A stretch of 64,000 bases of DNA from Rebecca billardiae RCC1528 (taxonomy: Eukaryota > Protista > Haptophyta). The DNA lies in the NCBI GenBank assembly GCA_965240325.2, contig OZ251237.1:1426001-1490000 (forward strand), written 5' to 3'. Position 1 is the stretch's first letter, and every line of letters begins with the position of its first letter. The notes under the pieces were generated by a model. It saw only the letters and a program-made list of their open reading frames with translations, did not search any database and had not been told where the DNA came from. A program made the position numbers and the translations under genes. Positions 45,784 through 56,845 of this stretch are shown piece by piece.

Positions 45784-46700
45784 GCAGTACGGATGCCCCA
45801 AGTGAAAGGGCGGGCGTGGCACGCGACTTGACAGCTTGAATGACTCGATGCACGCCGCCATGGACACGCGATCCGGATCCGTTGCGAACCTGCCGTGTGG
45901 CTCACGGCGGCGCGCGTTGTGCCGCACATCGGCCAGTCGCCACGCAGGAGATGGTCTCCAGACCAGGTCCAGCACCTGACCGACTGTCGCACGCCTGGCC
46001 GGGTGGGAGTCCGGCCCTCTTCTTGTCTGCAGGAGTGCGCGGAAGGCCAGGCGGAGCCTCGTCCGACCACTGCACCCCGAGCGCCGCACTAATCGTGCAG
46101 CCTGGGACAGCTACCCACCTATGGCGAATATGTAACGACATACTGGCATTTAATTACACAGACTCAGAACGCATATTTATGCGGGTAAATTTCCCATATT
46201 ATGCGGGTACAAATGGGTAATATAGTCAATCTTGCAGTAGTTGAGTACGGCCACTTGCGCACAGACCAGAGCCCATCCTAATGGCCTGTACCAAGGTTCA
46301 TGTTCGCCTCGACGTACGCCAATAAGTAAGTTCGTGCGTTTGGGCTCATTTCGGCTAAGTACTTACCCACATTCAGACTGACGATTCTCTATGTGTCCGT
46401 AGTTGTCCGCGGCGCGCGCGCGCACGCTCACGACGGGCCGCGGATGCGATTTTTAGGCCGAAACTTTTGCTCCGCCCGGGCTGGGCCCATTTGCTACGCT
46501 GTTTCCGGGTGTGAGCGCGCGCCTAGGGGCCCGCATTCATTTGGCGATAAAATCCCCGAAAGTGCTCCAGTGCGTTTGGACCAGGCTAACAAAGACCAGA
46601 TCGACACGACTAACATGCCGACTGACATGAAGCGCGCGCAGGCGGGCCGCCCATCATGTCAGTCAGCATTGTCGCACCGTCTTGCGATCGCACGAAGCAC

Positions 46701-48722
46701 TCAGACTTTCAGAGCGGCATGCTTCGTGAGCTTGATGTGGTCGAAGAGCTTGTTGCGCGAGGGAAAGGTTTGTCCGCACACCTTGCACAGCAGCTCGTCG
46801 TGCGGCGGCGCGCCCCCACGCGCGTCCGCGCCCTGCTTTGCACGGCGCTTGCCCTTGCCCCGCTCACGTCCGCTCACGTCGGGCGCGTGGTCTGCTGACT
46901 CGTCTGCTGTGCCGCCACTGCGAGATGGCGGCGCGTCCCCCGAGCCAGCGCCACCCTTTGCGTTCCGCACTTTGTTCCGCCTCGCCCGGCGCGCGCTGGG
47001 AGCCGCGGCGTCGCCATCGCCATCCTCATCTGCCACGGGCGCTGGCGGCAGCTGCGGCTGCGAGCTGCCGGCGGCAGAACGTGGCTCGCCCGCCGCATCG
47101 TCCTGATCATCGGCCTGCGGCTGCGCGCTGTCGTGGGCACGGGCTGGCTTGGTGCTGGCCTTGCGAGACAGCAGGCTGGCGAGCAGAGCATCCTCGTCGG
47201 CACTGTCCGCCGCGCTCCGGTCGCTGCCGCTGGCATCTGAGGAGTGGCGGCGGCCGGCGGCGCGACCAGCACCGTCCTCAGCAGTCTCCTCCCCGCCGCC
47301 GTCATGCGAGCTCAGCGCATCCGATGAGGAGCTCAGTGCTTTCTCCTCCTGATCGGAGCCAGACCCTGCTGCCGCCGCCGCCGCCGCCTCGGGCTCGGGC
47401 TCGGAGCCCTCCTCGCCCTCCTCCTCTCCCTCCTCACCCGCAGACCCGCCCTCCTCCTCCTCCTCCTCCTCCTCCTCCGCTTCTGCCCGCGAGCTGCCCG
47501 AGCTGCCGGGCTCCTCCTCTCCCCGCGCACCCTCCGCCTGCGCCGCCGCCTCCTCGGCAAGCAGCTCCGCGCGCAGCTCAGCCACGCGCTCCACGTGCTT
47601 GCGCGAGCGCTCGTGGTTGCGCCACTGCGCGAGGGTGCGGAAGTCCTTGTGGCACGCCGGGCAGTACAGCAGCTCGCCCTCGCCCGGCGGCTCAACGTCG
47701 TCGCCATCGGCCGCAGCACTTGCCGCGGCCGCGCCGCCGTCGGCATCGGCGCCGCCATCCGCCCCCGCGCCACCACGGGTTTTCCCCTTCTTGTTCTTCT
47801 TCTTGCGCCCTCGGCTCCCGTCAGCGGCGAAGCCGAGCTCGTCCGCGGCCGCGGCGAGTCGCTCGCGCTCCTCGTGCGCGGTCTCCGCCTCGGCCGCCGC
47901 GATCTCCGCCGCCAGCCGGCTGCGCTCCGCGTCATACCGCTGCTGCTCCTCTGCGCGCCGCGCGAGCCTCGACACCTCGCGCTCGCGCGCCTGCGCGTCC
48001 ATGCGCGCCGCGTGCGCCTGCACGCGCTTGTCGCGCTTGCGCACGAACTCGAGTAGCTCACGCACCTGCGACGAGTACTCCTTCCGCGCGGCCTGCCGCT
48101 CCCGCTTGTTCTCCTTCTCCATCGCGCGGCGCACGGCGCGGTTGGGCGCGTCTCGGAGGTCCCACTTGTCGCGCGAGTAGAACGGCCGGCGCGTCGCGAA
48201 CGCAGAGTAGTGGTTGTAGAAGTCGCGCACGTCGGCCCACTCGGTGTCGGAGGCACCAAACGAGGGCGCCGCGCCCGTGCGCCGCCTGCTCGTCGGCGCG
48301 TCCTCGTCGTCCTCCCCCTCGTCCCGCTCGAGCTCCTCGATCCGCTCGAACAGCGACGCAAACACGCCGTAGAACCCGCCGGGATCGTCGCCGTAGCCGT
48401 CGTACGCGCTCGCCGTGAAGTAGCTGAAGAGGTCGAGATCGTCGTCATCGTCCGAGTCGTCCGCATCGCCGCGCCCACCCGCTTTGCCGCGCAGGATCTG
48501 CTCGCGGTGCCTGTCGTACCAGCTGCGCTCGTGCGGGTCGCTCAGGACCGAGTACGCGTGCTGGATCGACTTGAACACCTCCGTGGCCTCGTCGACGCGG
48601 TGCTGGTTCTTGTCAGGGTGCCACTCGAGCGCGAGCTTGCGGTAGGCTACCTTGAGCTCGTCCGCCGTCGCCGTCTGCTCGACGTTGAGCACCGCGTAGT
48701 AGCACTGCTGTCTTGGCGCCAT
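46701..48722 (-). CDS. DNAJC21: DnaJ homolog subfamily C member 21 (Jjj1-like), J domain plus two C2H2 fingers
   Basis: YRKLALEWHPDKN, VLSDPHERSWYDRHREQIL, RRAMEKENK, FVRKRDKRV, CPACHKDF...HERSRKH, CKVCGQTFPSRNKLFDH. Confidence 0.95.
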   Translation of the reverse strand: MAPRQQCYYAVLNVEQTATADELKVAYRKLALEWHPDKNQHRVDEATEVFKSIQHAYSVLSDPHERSWYDRHREQILRGKAGGRGDADDSDDDDDLDLFSYFTASAYDGYGDDPGGFYGVFASLFERIEELERDEGEDDEDAPTSRRRTGAAPSFGASDTEWADVRDFYNHYSAFATRRPFYSRDKWDLRDAPNRAVRRAMEKENKRERQAARKEYSSQVRELLEFVRKRDKRVQAHAARMDAQAREREVSRLARRAEEQQRYDAERSRLAAEIAAAEAETAHEERERLAAAADELGFAADGSRGRKKKNKKGKTRGGAGADGGADADGGAAAASAAADGDDVEPPGEGELLYCPACHKDFRTLAQWRNHERSRKHVERVAELRAELLAEEAAAQAEGARGEEEPGSSGSSRAEAEEEEEEEEEGGSAGEEGEEEGEEGSEPEPEAAAAAAAGSGSDQEEKALSSSSDALSSHDGGGEETAEDGAGRAAGRRHSSDASGSDRSAADSADEDALLASLLSRKASTKPARAHDSAQPQADDQDDAAGEPRSAAGSSQPQLPPAPVADEDGDGDAAAPSARRARRNKVRNAKGGAGSGDAPPSRSGGTADESADHAPDVSGRERGKGKRRAKQGADARGGAPPHDELLCKVCGQTFPSRNKLFDHIKLTKHAALKV

Positions 48723-48793
48723 CGCCCAGCGCCGGTGGCCACGTCCGCGCCTCGTCCCGCCTCGTCGCAGTCGTCAGCCCTCAGCGGACAACG

Positions 48794-49759
48794 ATGGCGT
48801 CGCCACGCCCGGCCCGGTTGCTTAGGCTTGGCCTCCTGTGCACGGCGATACCCTCGCCGCAGGGGCTGACGAGCACCATGGCTTTCACCTTCACATTGGC
48901 CCACACTCGCGCGCGCCACGTGCGCATGCTCGACTCGAGCCCCGGCGGCGAGCTCGTCGGCGCGCGCGGACGCGTTGGCTCGGCACTCGCAACCCTGGAC
49001 AGCTCACTCGCGCGCATCACGAGCCGCAAGGAGGCGGCGCTCGATCTCGGCCGGCGCAGCCCGCCGGGCACTCCCATTGTCGTAGCGACTGGCTGCGAAT
49101 CCTGGGCGAGCGTCGCGCGCGTGGCCATCGCCCGAGGCCGCGCCACTGATTTGGTCATTGTCGGCAATGGTCCGTCTGAGTGGGTGCCAGCAGCGGCGAC
49201 GCGCGTGCTGCTGTACGCCGCCGCCACGCCTGACGGCCGGCTGGAGACGCGCCGCGAGGCACCGCCATGCCGGGTGCGCGGTCGCCACGCCGAGCACATC
49301 GCCTCCGTGCTCAGACGCGCCGGCGTCGATTGTCTCACCGGCGACTCGCAGGCATCGTTCGAGTCGCACGCTTGCGCCAAGCTGATGTGGGGCTGCACGA
49401 TGTGGCTGGCCTGCGCGTACTTGCGCGAGCCGACAGACGTGCTGGCGACGGAGGAGGCCCACGTGGGCCGGCTGCAGCGCGAGCTGCTGCCGTGGCTCAC
49501 GTCGGCGGCTGCCTCCCACGCCGACCAGCCTCGGCTTGAGTTCATCGTGCGCGAGTGCGCGCGCTACTCGCGTGCGCTCCCAGGGTGCATGCCGAGCGTT
49601 CCCCTGGCAGTCGCCGAGTTCGCCGGGCGTAACGGATACGTGCTGAGCCGTGCGCGGGCCACGCTTGGTGAGCATGGCTGGGAGGCGGCGATGCCGCTGC
49701 ATGCGCGCATGCTGCGCGCCGTCGTCCCGCCCGACGCGCTCTCAGTAGTTACTCACTAA
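48794..49759 (+). CDS. Rossmann-fold, ketopantoate-reductase-like protein with N-terminal targeting sequence
   Basis: LVGARGRVGSAL nucleotide-binding loop, PIVVAT, DLVIVGNG (QNG-like), AKLMW helix; ATG at 48794. Confidence 0.6.
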   Translation: MASPRPARLLRLGLLCTAIPSPQGLTSTMAFTFTLAHTRARHVRMLDSSPGGELVGARGRVGSALATLDSSLARITSRKEAALDLGRRSPPGTPIVVATGCESWASVARVAIARGRATDLVIVGNGPSEWVPAAATRVLLYAAATPDGRLETRREAPPCRVRGRHAEHIASVLRRAGVDCLTGDSQASFESHACAKLMWGCTMWLACAYLREPTDVLATEEAHVGRLQRELLPWLTSAAASHADQPRLEFIVRECARYSRALPGCMPSVPLAVAEFAGRNGYVLSRARATLGEHGWEAAMPLHARMLRAVVPPDALSVVTH

Positions 49760-50235
49760 CAGTTAGTGAGAATAATGCGCCGCGCGATGATGAAGAACAC
49801 TGACGACTCTGAGACTGATCGCGATTAGACTGCGCGACTACGCTTACGCCACGTGCTTGTCTTGACGACGATCTGATGGCCCGCGGTGTAGGGCGGAGCG
49901 CGTAGCGTGGAGCCCCGCCGGGGGCCCTCACTACGTTGTCAAAAAGATCTTTTGATCAAAGAAAAGGGGACGGGGGACGATTTTGAGGGGTGTTGGAGGG
50001 TGAGTTTTCGCTTTTTCGAGGGGTACGTTGGCCCATAGTGCTCTGCATTAGCAACTACGCGCTTGACGAAATAAGCGCGCCCACGCCATTCCGCATAAGT
50101 CGATGGACGGACGTGGGATCAGATACCCCGGGGGTGAAACAAGTGAGTATTTTTGTCATTCTTGTATGCTGGAGTACGAGTTTGCCGAGCGACGTTTGAT
50201 TGTTTTGGGTCGAAAACAGCTATGAGGCCAGATGC

Positions 50236-50446
50236 TTCTGAATAGCGCTTTGTTTAAACAGCTACCCGCCTGTCTCGATGGATGAACCGCCTTATAATAT
50301 TAAAAGAGATCCTTTTGAATAGCGCTTGTTCAACCACATTACCCGCCTGCCTCGATGGATGAACCGCCTGTGCACTAATGTTAATAAACGAGATTCTTTG
50401 AATGGCGCCTATGGCGGCTTGTTAAAACGTAACAAGTTACCCGCCT
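50236..50446. repeat. Degenerate tandem repeat, ~80-bp unit x3
   Basis: tgaatagcgct...tacccgcctg.ctcgatggatgaaccgcc at ~50239 and ~50316; partial third copy at ~50399. Confidence 0.8.
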
Positions 50447-50749
50447 ACAAACCGGGCCTAAGCGCAACCTTTTGAAAGTGCATGTTGATGTGCATGGTCA
50501 GGGTCCTCCTCAACTACTGCATGTCGGCGTACTGCGTGCGCGCGCGGCGCGCTGTTATTTACCGATGCATCACTTGGTGCTGGAAACATAGGCCACACAC
50601 TACGGGCACTTGGAAGTGATCAAGTTTTGCTACTTATTCACTAAACAGGAGCCGCCAGGCGCGCGCGCGGCCCCGTATATTTATTCGAACGAGCACGGAG
50701 GGTCTTTGCCCGAGCGTCTAGCGAGTAGCGAGCGAGTCCCCACGGCTGC

Positions 50750-51900
50750 TCGCTCGCTCGTTCGCGTTCGTCGCTGCGGCGCCCTGGCCGGGGACGTGCG
50801 TGTCGGCGCCGCGTACGCCGCGGTGCGCGCGCGGTGGCGGGAGCCGGCCGGCCGCTGGTCTCCCCCTCGCGCTCTGCTCTCGCCCTCGCGCTCCGCTCCG
50901 ACGGCTCTCCCCGAGGCGTCGCGCGCGTCTCGGTCCGCGGTCTCGCCTCAGAGTCTCGCCAGGCCGTGCCGACGGCGCGCACACAGCGCCCCGCTGCAAA
51001 GCATGCGCGACGAGATCGCGGCGGGGGCGGCGAGATCGCGGCGGAGGCGGCGGTCAACAGCCTGCCCGCGGGCGCGTTCGTCGCTCGAGGAGGAGCGCGC
51101 AAGGGCGAGCCGAGTCCGGAGCACGCTCACGAGCTCGTTGGCGACGCCTTGAGGATCGGAGCGCGCCCGGAGCCACGCAGCGGAGATGAGCCGGATGCGC
51201 CCGGAGTTCGCGCAGCTGAAGGGCGAGCTCGAGCACGCGAGCTCGCTCCTCGACGCCGAGCGCGAGCTCCTCCTCAACTCGGTCGACGGCGACACTGATG
51301 CCAGAGACTAGAGAGGCCGTGCTGCATGCCAGCACGTGTGCGCGGAGGCGCTGTGCGCCGAGCTGGCGAAGCGCGGCGCCGAGCTCGACGCGCTGCGCGA
51401 CGCGGCGACGGACGCGCTGGGCGCGCGCGGCGCCCTCGTCGCGACGCCCCGTGCAGCAGCTCGAGCAGCCAGCTGTGGAGTAGACGGCCGTCGAGGCCGC
51501 GAGGCGATCGGCGCCGGTTGAGCGCGCACGGGCTCCGACTGCCTGCCGCTGGCTGGCCGCCGCCGTCTTCGAGGCCGCCGACGCGGCGGAGGAGGCGGCG
51601 GGCGAGCACGGCGGCGCGGTGGAGCAGGCGCGCACGCGCGGCGGCAGGCGCGACGCCCCGCTCGCCTCGTTCCACCCCGAGCTCCCGCTCGGTCTCGGTG
51701 CGCGGCTGCGCAGCGGCAGGCCGGGGCAGCCGCGTGGCGCGCGCTCTCGCTCTGCCGGCACGAGGCGAGCCGGCTGAGCGACCAGCGGCCCGTCGTCGAG
51801 CGCATGGCGCAGCGCGAGCACCTCAAGCAGGTGCGCCCGCACGCGCGCACGCGCCGGCCCGCGCCACGGCGGCCGCTTCCCCGCGCGGCCCGGGCGGCGC
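50750..51900 (+). pseudogene. Frameshifted coiled-coil gene remnant
   Basis: Heptad-rich pieces in different frames (SLEEERARASRVR; FAQLKGELEHASSLLDAERELL; AELAKRGAELDALRDAA; FEAADAAEEAAGEH) separated by stops and frameshifts. Confidence 0.5.
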
Positions 51901-52500
51901 GTCGGCGTCGGCGACAGTGACTCGGCCCGCCGGCCCGGTGGGCGGCAACTGAGTTGGCGGTGGCAGCTCAGGCGACTGTTACGCATGTCAGACTGACAGC
52001 AGCCGACGGAGGGTACACCGCGGGCCCCTAACTGCGTTGGTTCTACGGAAGGACCGCGGAACGCGGTCATATGATTATAGTTATATTCCGGACCAGTCAC
52101 GTCGCGTATGTAATCGTCGTCATCATCATGCGCGCGATCCGCGCATCTATATATCATCGTCAATATAATTTCACGACACTACGTATAGTAGTCTACGTAC
52201 GACGTACGCCCGTACTCCGTAGCAGCCCATGCAAGCCCAAGCGGTTTAACGACCGTATATATATATCATCATACGTACTGCTGCAATACGAGTACGCGTA
52301 GCCCGCACGCACGCGTGTTTACGGTGTTGCCGTCGTCTCGGCGACCGGCGCGGCCGCTGCATGTTTAGCGCATGCAGCCTTATATTCTATAGCAGGACTG
52401 AGTGATGATGCATGGTGACTGCACACCATCAGCGCCTGTAGAGTCAGAATAACTCAGAATCGACGCCGTGATCCTGGCAGTAGCTTAGTAGTGCTCGCCG

Positions 52501-55500
52501 CTAGCCCGGCCACTCTCGCTGCGCCGTCCTCATCGCGCTCGGCGACCGCCCAGCAGAGTGTCCAGCGGCAGGGTGGCGCGCAGCTTGGCGCGGGCGGGGC
52601 CGCGTCCGATTGCGCTGGGACCGCTGCTGCGCGCCCACAGCGCCGCGGCCGGGTGGCGACCTGGGCTTTGTCGGCTCGGAGTCGAGGCCTGTGCGCTGCC
52701 GCTTGCGCGCTGCTTGCCACGGGCTGCCACCGTCTGCGCCGGCGGCCGGCGGCGCAGGCACGCGCGGCCTCTGCACGGATTTGCGCCGCCGCTTATTGAG
52801 CCCACGCGCACCGGGCGGCGCGCCGCCTGCCCCGGCGCCGGCGCGAGTCGGCGCGCGCGCGCGCGCGCCGGTCGCCGCGTGGGCCATTCGCGCGTGCGGC
52901 CGCGCGGACATCGCGACCGGCTGCTCGCCGCGACCGCCTAGTCCCGACGCGCCGCCACCGTGCGGGGCGCGCCCGCCCGGCAGCTCGGTGCACAGGACAC
53001 CCCGCTCGCGCGCGTGCGCAAAGACCGCCGCCCAGTCGGCCGAGTGCGCGCACAGCGCCTCCGAGTCCCCGATCACCACGAGCGTGCGCCGCGCGCGCGT
53101 GAGCGCCACGTTCAGTCGGCGCGCGTCCGCGACGAACCCGATCGAGGTCGCGGGCCCGGCGCGCGTCGCCGAGAGGATGACCACGTCCGCCTCGCGGCCC
53201 TGGTACGCGTCGACCGTGCTCGCCTCGAGCGCGGTGCCGGCGGCGGTGCGCACGCGCGCCGCGCGCAGGCGCGCCTGCAGCTCGCGCAGCTGTGCCCTGT
53301 ACGGGGTAAGGATGGCGATGCGGGTGCCCGGCCAGATGGCGATCTCCCTCGCGACCTGCACCGCCGCGGCCGCCTCCGCCGCGTTGGTGTGCGAGCCGTG
53401 GCCGCCCGCGCGACCGACCGAGCGGAGGTCGAACACGGCGAGGGGGCCGAGCCGCCAGCCGGGCGCGCCCGGCGGCACGTCAGGCGCGCCCGCCGCGCCG
53501 CCATCCGCGCACTCGCGCGCCGGGTGCCACGGCGCCGCGCGCTCGCCCGCGTCGACGCCGGTGAGCAGCCGATCGGCGTAAAAGTGCTTCGCGGGGAACT
53601 CTGCGATCAGCGGGTGCATCCGATACTGCATGGCGAGCCTGCGCAGCGGCGCGCCCAGCGCGACCAGCCGGTCGAGGAGCGAGCGCGCGCCGCCGCACGC
53701 CTCGACGGCGCGCGAGAGCACACACGCAGGCAGCTGCGCTGGGTCGCCGATCAGCACGACCGGCGCGCCGCGCGCCAGCCGCCCGAGCACGGGCAGCAGC
53801 GACGGCTCCGCCGCCTGCGACGCCTCGTCCACGATCGCGGCGTCGAACCCGCCGTCCAGCTCGTCGAGCGCGGCCATGCCCGCGCCGGCGAGCGTGCAGC
53901 ACACGACGGTCGCGCGGCGCAGCACGCCAAGCCGCGCGCGCTGCCGCCCCTCGGCCGAGCGCCCGCTCGCCGCCGCCGCCGCGTCGACGAGGGCGTCCAG
54001 GCAGAACGCGCGCGACGACGCCGACATGGCCTCTGCGCTGCCCAGCCGCACCGTGCCGTCCGCGGGGCCGAGGCGCGCCCACTTGCGCAGCGCGTCGTCC
54101 ACGGCCGCGTTGGTCTGCGCGCACAGCAGCACGCGGCAGGGCGGCGGCGGCGAGGGCCGAGCGCCGGCCGCGGCCTCGAGCGCGGGCGGCGGCGGCGGCG
54201 GCGGCTGCCGCGGCGGCGTGCGCGCATGCAGCCCGAACGGCACCAGGCCGGCGCCTCCGCCCGGCCCGCCGAGTTGGGCGCAGCCGGCGGCGCGCTCGTC
54301 CCTCAAGAGCGCGCGCACGCGCTCGAGGGCGCACAACATCCCAACGAGCGTGAGTGTCTTGCCCGTGCCCGGCGGGCCTTGCAGCAACAGCCAGGGGCCG
54401 CCCGCGGCGGCGGCGCCGGCCGGCGCGGCACGCGCCGCCTCCGCCGCACACGGCAGCTCCGAGCGCCCGGGCGCGCCCGCCCCAGCCGTTGGCGCTGGGG
54501 CGCGTCTCGGGCGCGTGCGCTCGCGGCAGCCGCGCAGCACGAGCTCGGCGACCTCGTCGATCACGGCACTCTGCCCCGCGTTGAAGCCGCCGAGCTTCTT
54601 CGAGCCCAGCCTTGCCGGCACGGATTGGTCCGCCCAGCCCGCTGCCGGGGCGGCCTCCGGCGCCGTGGCGCAGCCTGCGCGCGCGGCGGCGTCGGGCGGC
54701 GGCGCGGCGCCGCCGCCCGCGCGCCGCGCGTCGCGTGCCGTCAGGTGAGTGCGGCGCAGCGGAGGCCGGACCGCTGCCGAGCCGCACGTGAGTAAGGCAG
54801 CCAGCTGACGCTCGGCAGTTGTCAAGTTGCTCACGCGCAGCGCGAGCCACGGCGTGCGGCCGAGGAGCGCGCACGCGCGCGCAACGCACGCCGGCGCGCG
54901 CAGCAGCACGGTCCCGTCGCCCAGCGCGCGCACGACGAGCGCGAGCACGTGAGCGTCCATGCACCACTGCGCCTCGTGCACGGGCACGGCAGCGGGCCGG
55001 CGCAGCAGCAGCACAGAGGATGCGTCGCTCCCGCCCGCGGGCGGCGGCGGATGCGCGTGCCAGCTCATCCGGAGGAGCACGCTCGCGTGCCGCTCGGCGG
55101 AAGCGCCAACGCCCGCGCGGACGGCCGTGCCGACGCACAGCTCCGGCGGCGCGCGCTCGAGCACGCAGCGGCATGCCGCGGCCGACTCGAGCTCCGCGGC
55201 GGCGGCCGGGAGCTCAGCCTCGCCGACGATGCTAGCGCACGCCTCGAGAACGACCAGAGGCGCCCAGCACAGTCGGTACTCGGCATAGGAGCCGAACTCA
55301 TCGGGCAGCGCGGCGCACGCGGCGGCGCGCGCGGCGCCGCCGCCGCGTGGCGGGCCTGCGCCGTCGCGCGGCGCTCCGGCGGCCGGCAGCGGCAGCGGCG
55401 GCTCGGACTGCTGGTGCGGCGGCGGCGGCGGCTGGCGCGCGAGCGGCGAGGTGAGCACGCGCGCCGCCCAGTGCGCAGGCTCTGCCGAGCGGCCGGGCAC

Positions 55501-56595
55501 GCCGCCGGCGCATGCCACCAGGTCGCTCACCGACAGGCTGAGCAGCAGCTCGTGCAGCAGCGCGGGCGCGAGCGCCGACGCGTCCTCGGCCGGCGGAGGC
55601 GAGTGCATGCGCGCGCGGAGGGACAGGAGCGCGCGCGAGAAGAGCGCGCGGCGCGTGGCCGCGGCCGCGGCCGCCCACAGCGGCGGCGACGGCACCGCGG
55701 CCGGCGACCGCGCTGGCGAGGAGAGCGGGGATGGAGTCGGCGGCGCGCGCTGCCGCGCTTGTGGCGGCTGCGCAGGCGCCCAGCCCACGGGACCCTCGGC
55801 CAGAGGCGGCGGGGCCAGTGGCCGCGGCGTTGCCGCCGACCGCGGCGTTGCCGCCGACCGCGGCGTTGCCGCCGACCGCGGCGTTGCCGCCGACCGCGGC
55901 GTTGCCGCCGACCGCGGCGTGGCCGCCGACCGCGGCGTTGCCGCCGACGTCGGCGGCGGCGGTGACCGCGGCGGCGGCGGCGGCCGCGGCGGCGGCGGCG
56001 GCGACGACGACCGCGGCGACCGCGGGTGCGCCACGACGGCCTGCTGCTCAGCCGGCTCTCTGATGGGCGGGGATGGCGGCGACGATGTCGTGGCGGAGCA
56101 CGCGGGCTCGGGAGCGTCCGCCTCGCCGGCGTGCGCGTCGATCACGAAGCGCGCCACGTTGCCGTGCTCGCTGATCGCCTCGACCACCACGCCCGCGCCG
56201 CCGTGCGGCGACCCGTCCGGTGGCGGCACCAATGCTAATCTCGGCTGGTCTGCGAGGATCGCGCGAGTCGCGAGCTCGACGGCCAGCCGCTTGTCGGCAC
56301 CGTCGTGCTCGACGGCCCGGCCGGCGAGGAATGCGCGCAGAGACGCGACGGGGAGCCACTTCGCGCGGAGGTACCTGTCGAGCTCCGCGCGGTCGCGCAC
56401 CTGCACGACCGCAGCCGCTGCGAGCTTCTCGACCTGCGTCGTGCGCGACGAGCGCACGGAGAGAACGCGGCGCTGCACCTTGTAGTAGTCGCGGAGCTTG
56501 TCCGGCGGGACGTGCTCGAGCAGCTCCCGCACCGACTCGCGCAGCGGCTCGCGCGCGAGACCTCGCCGCGGCAGCTTGGCCCCGCGTGACTTCAT
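52501..56595 (-). CDS. Sen1/senataxin- or Upf1-like superfamily 1 helicase
   Basis: QGPPGTGKT, LCAQTNAAVD, VCCTL, IVDEASQ, IGDPAQLP, QYRMHP, ILTPYRAQ, TVDAYQGRE, RRLNVALTRAR. Sen1-like FGSYAEYRLCWAPLVVLEA upstream. Long open frame; in-frame introns cannot be excluded. Confidence 0.92.
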   Translation of the reverse strand: MKSRGAKLPRRGLAREPLRESVRELLEHVPPDKLRDYYKVQRRVLSVRSSRTTQVEKLAAAAVVQVRDRAELDRYLRAKWLPVASLRAFLAGRAVEHDGADKRLAVELATRAILADQPRLALVPPPDGSPHGGAGVVVEAISEHGNVARFVIDAHAGEADAPEPACSATTSSPPSPPIREPAEQQAVVAHPRSPRSSSPPPPPRPPPPPRSPPPPTSAATPRSAATPRSAATPRSAATPRSAATPRSAATPRSAATPRPLAPPPLAEGPVGWAPAQPPQARQRAPPTPSPLSSPARSPAAVPSPPLWAAAAAATRRALFSRALLSLRARMHSPPPAEDASALAPALLHELLLSLSVSDLVACAGGVPGRSAEPAHWAARVLTSPLARQPPPPPHQQSEPPLPLPAAGAPRDGAGPPRGGGAARAAACAALPDEFGSYAEYRLCWAPLVVLEACASIVGEAELPAAAAELESAAACRCVLERAPPELCVGTAVRAGVGASAERHASVLLRMSWHAHPPPPAGGSDASSVLLLRRPAAVPVHEAQWCMDAHVLALVVRALGDGTVLLRAPACVARACALLGRTPWLALRVSNLTTAERQLAALLTCGSAAVRPPLRRTHLTARDARRAGGGAAPPPDAAARAGCATAPEAAPAAGWADQSVPARLGSKKLGGFNAGQSAVIDEVAELVLRGCRERTRPRRAPAPTAGAGAPGRSELPCAAEAARAAPAGAAAAGGPWLLLQGPPGTGKTLTLVGMLCALERVRALLRDERAAGCAQLGGPGGGAGLVPFGLHARTPPRQPPPPPPPALEAAAGARPSPPPPCRVLLCAQTNAAVDDALRKWARLGPADGTVRLGSAEAMSASSRAFCLDALVDAAAAASGRSAEGRQRARLGVLRRATVVCCTLAGAGMAALDELDGGFDAAIVDEASQAAEPSLLPVLGRLARGAPVVLIGDPAQLPACVLSRAVEACGGARSLLDRLVALGAPLRRLAMQYRMHPLIAEFPAKHFYADRLLTGVDAGERAAPWHPARECADGGAAGAPDVPPGAPGWRLGPLAVFDLRSVGRAGGHGSHTNAAEAAAAVQVAREIAIWPGTRIAILTPYRAQLRELQARLRAARVRTAAGTALEASTVDAYQGREADVVILSATRAGPATSIGFVADARRLNVALTRARRTLVVIGDSEALCAHSADWAAVFAHARERGVLCTELPGGRAPHGGGASGLGGRGEQPVAMSARPHARMAHAATGARARAPTRAGAGAGGAPPGARGLNKRRRKSVQRPRVPAPPAAGADGGSPWQAARKRQRTGLDSEPTKPRSPPGRGAVGAQQRSQRNRTRPRPRQAARHPAAGHSAGRSPSAMRTAQREWPG
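55822..55947 (-). repeat. Coding 18-bp tandem repeat x7 encoding (SAATPR)7
   Basis: ccgcggcgttgccgccga repeated 7 times with one synonymous variant, inside the helicase ORF. Confidence 0.95.
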
Positions 56596-56845
56596 GGCGC
56601 GTGCGCGCGCGCGCACGCCCGCCCCCCCGACTCAGGTCGTTCCCCGGGTTGTTCCGCGTGCATGTGATGCGCCTGGGTTCCTGGTGCCTTGGCAGCTGCT
56701 GCCGCCATCGTGATCCGCCTTGCCCACCCGCGCAGCAACTCAGCAAGGCCAGCACAGGTAGGCGCTGGACAACTCCCCGAGCGCGAGGAACCACGCCACG
56801 CTGCGCCGGCGGCGGCCGAGGGCGCGGGCCGCGGAGTGACGCGCC

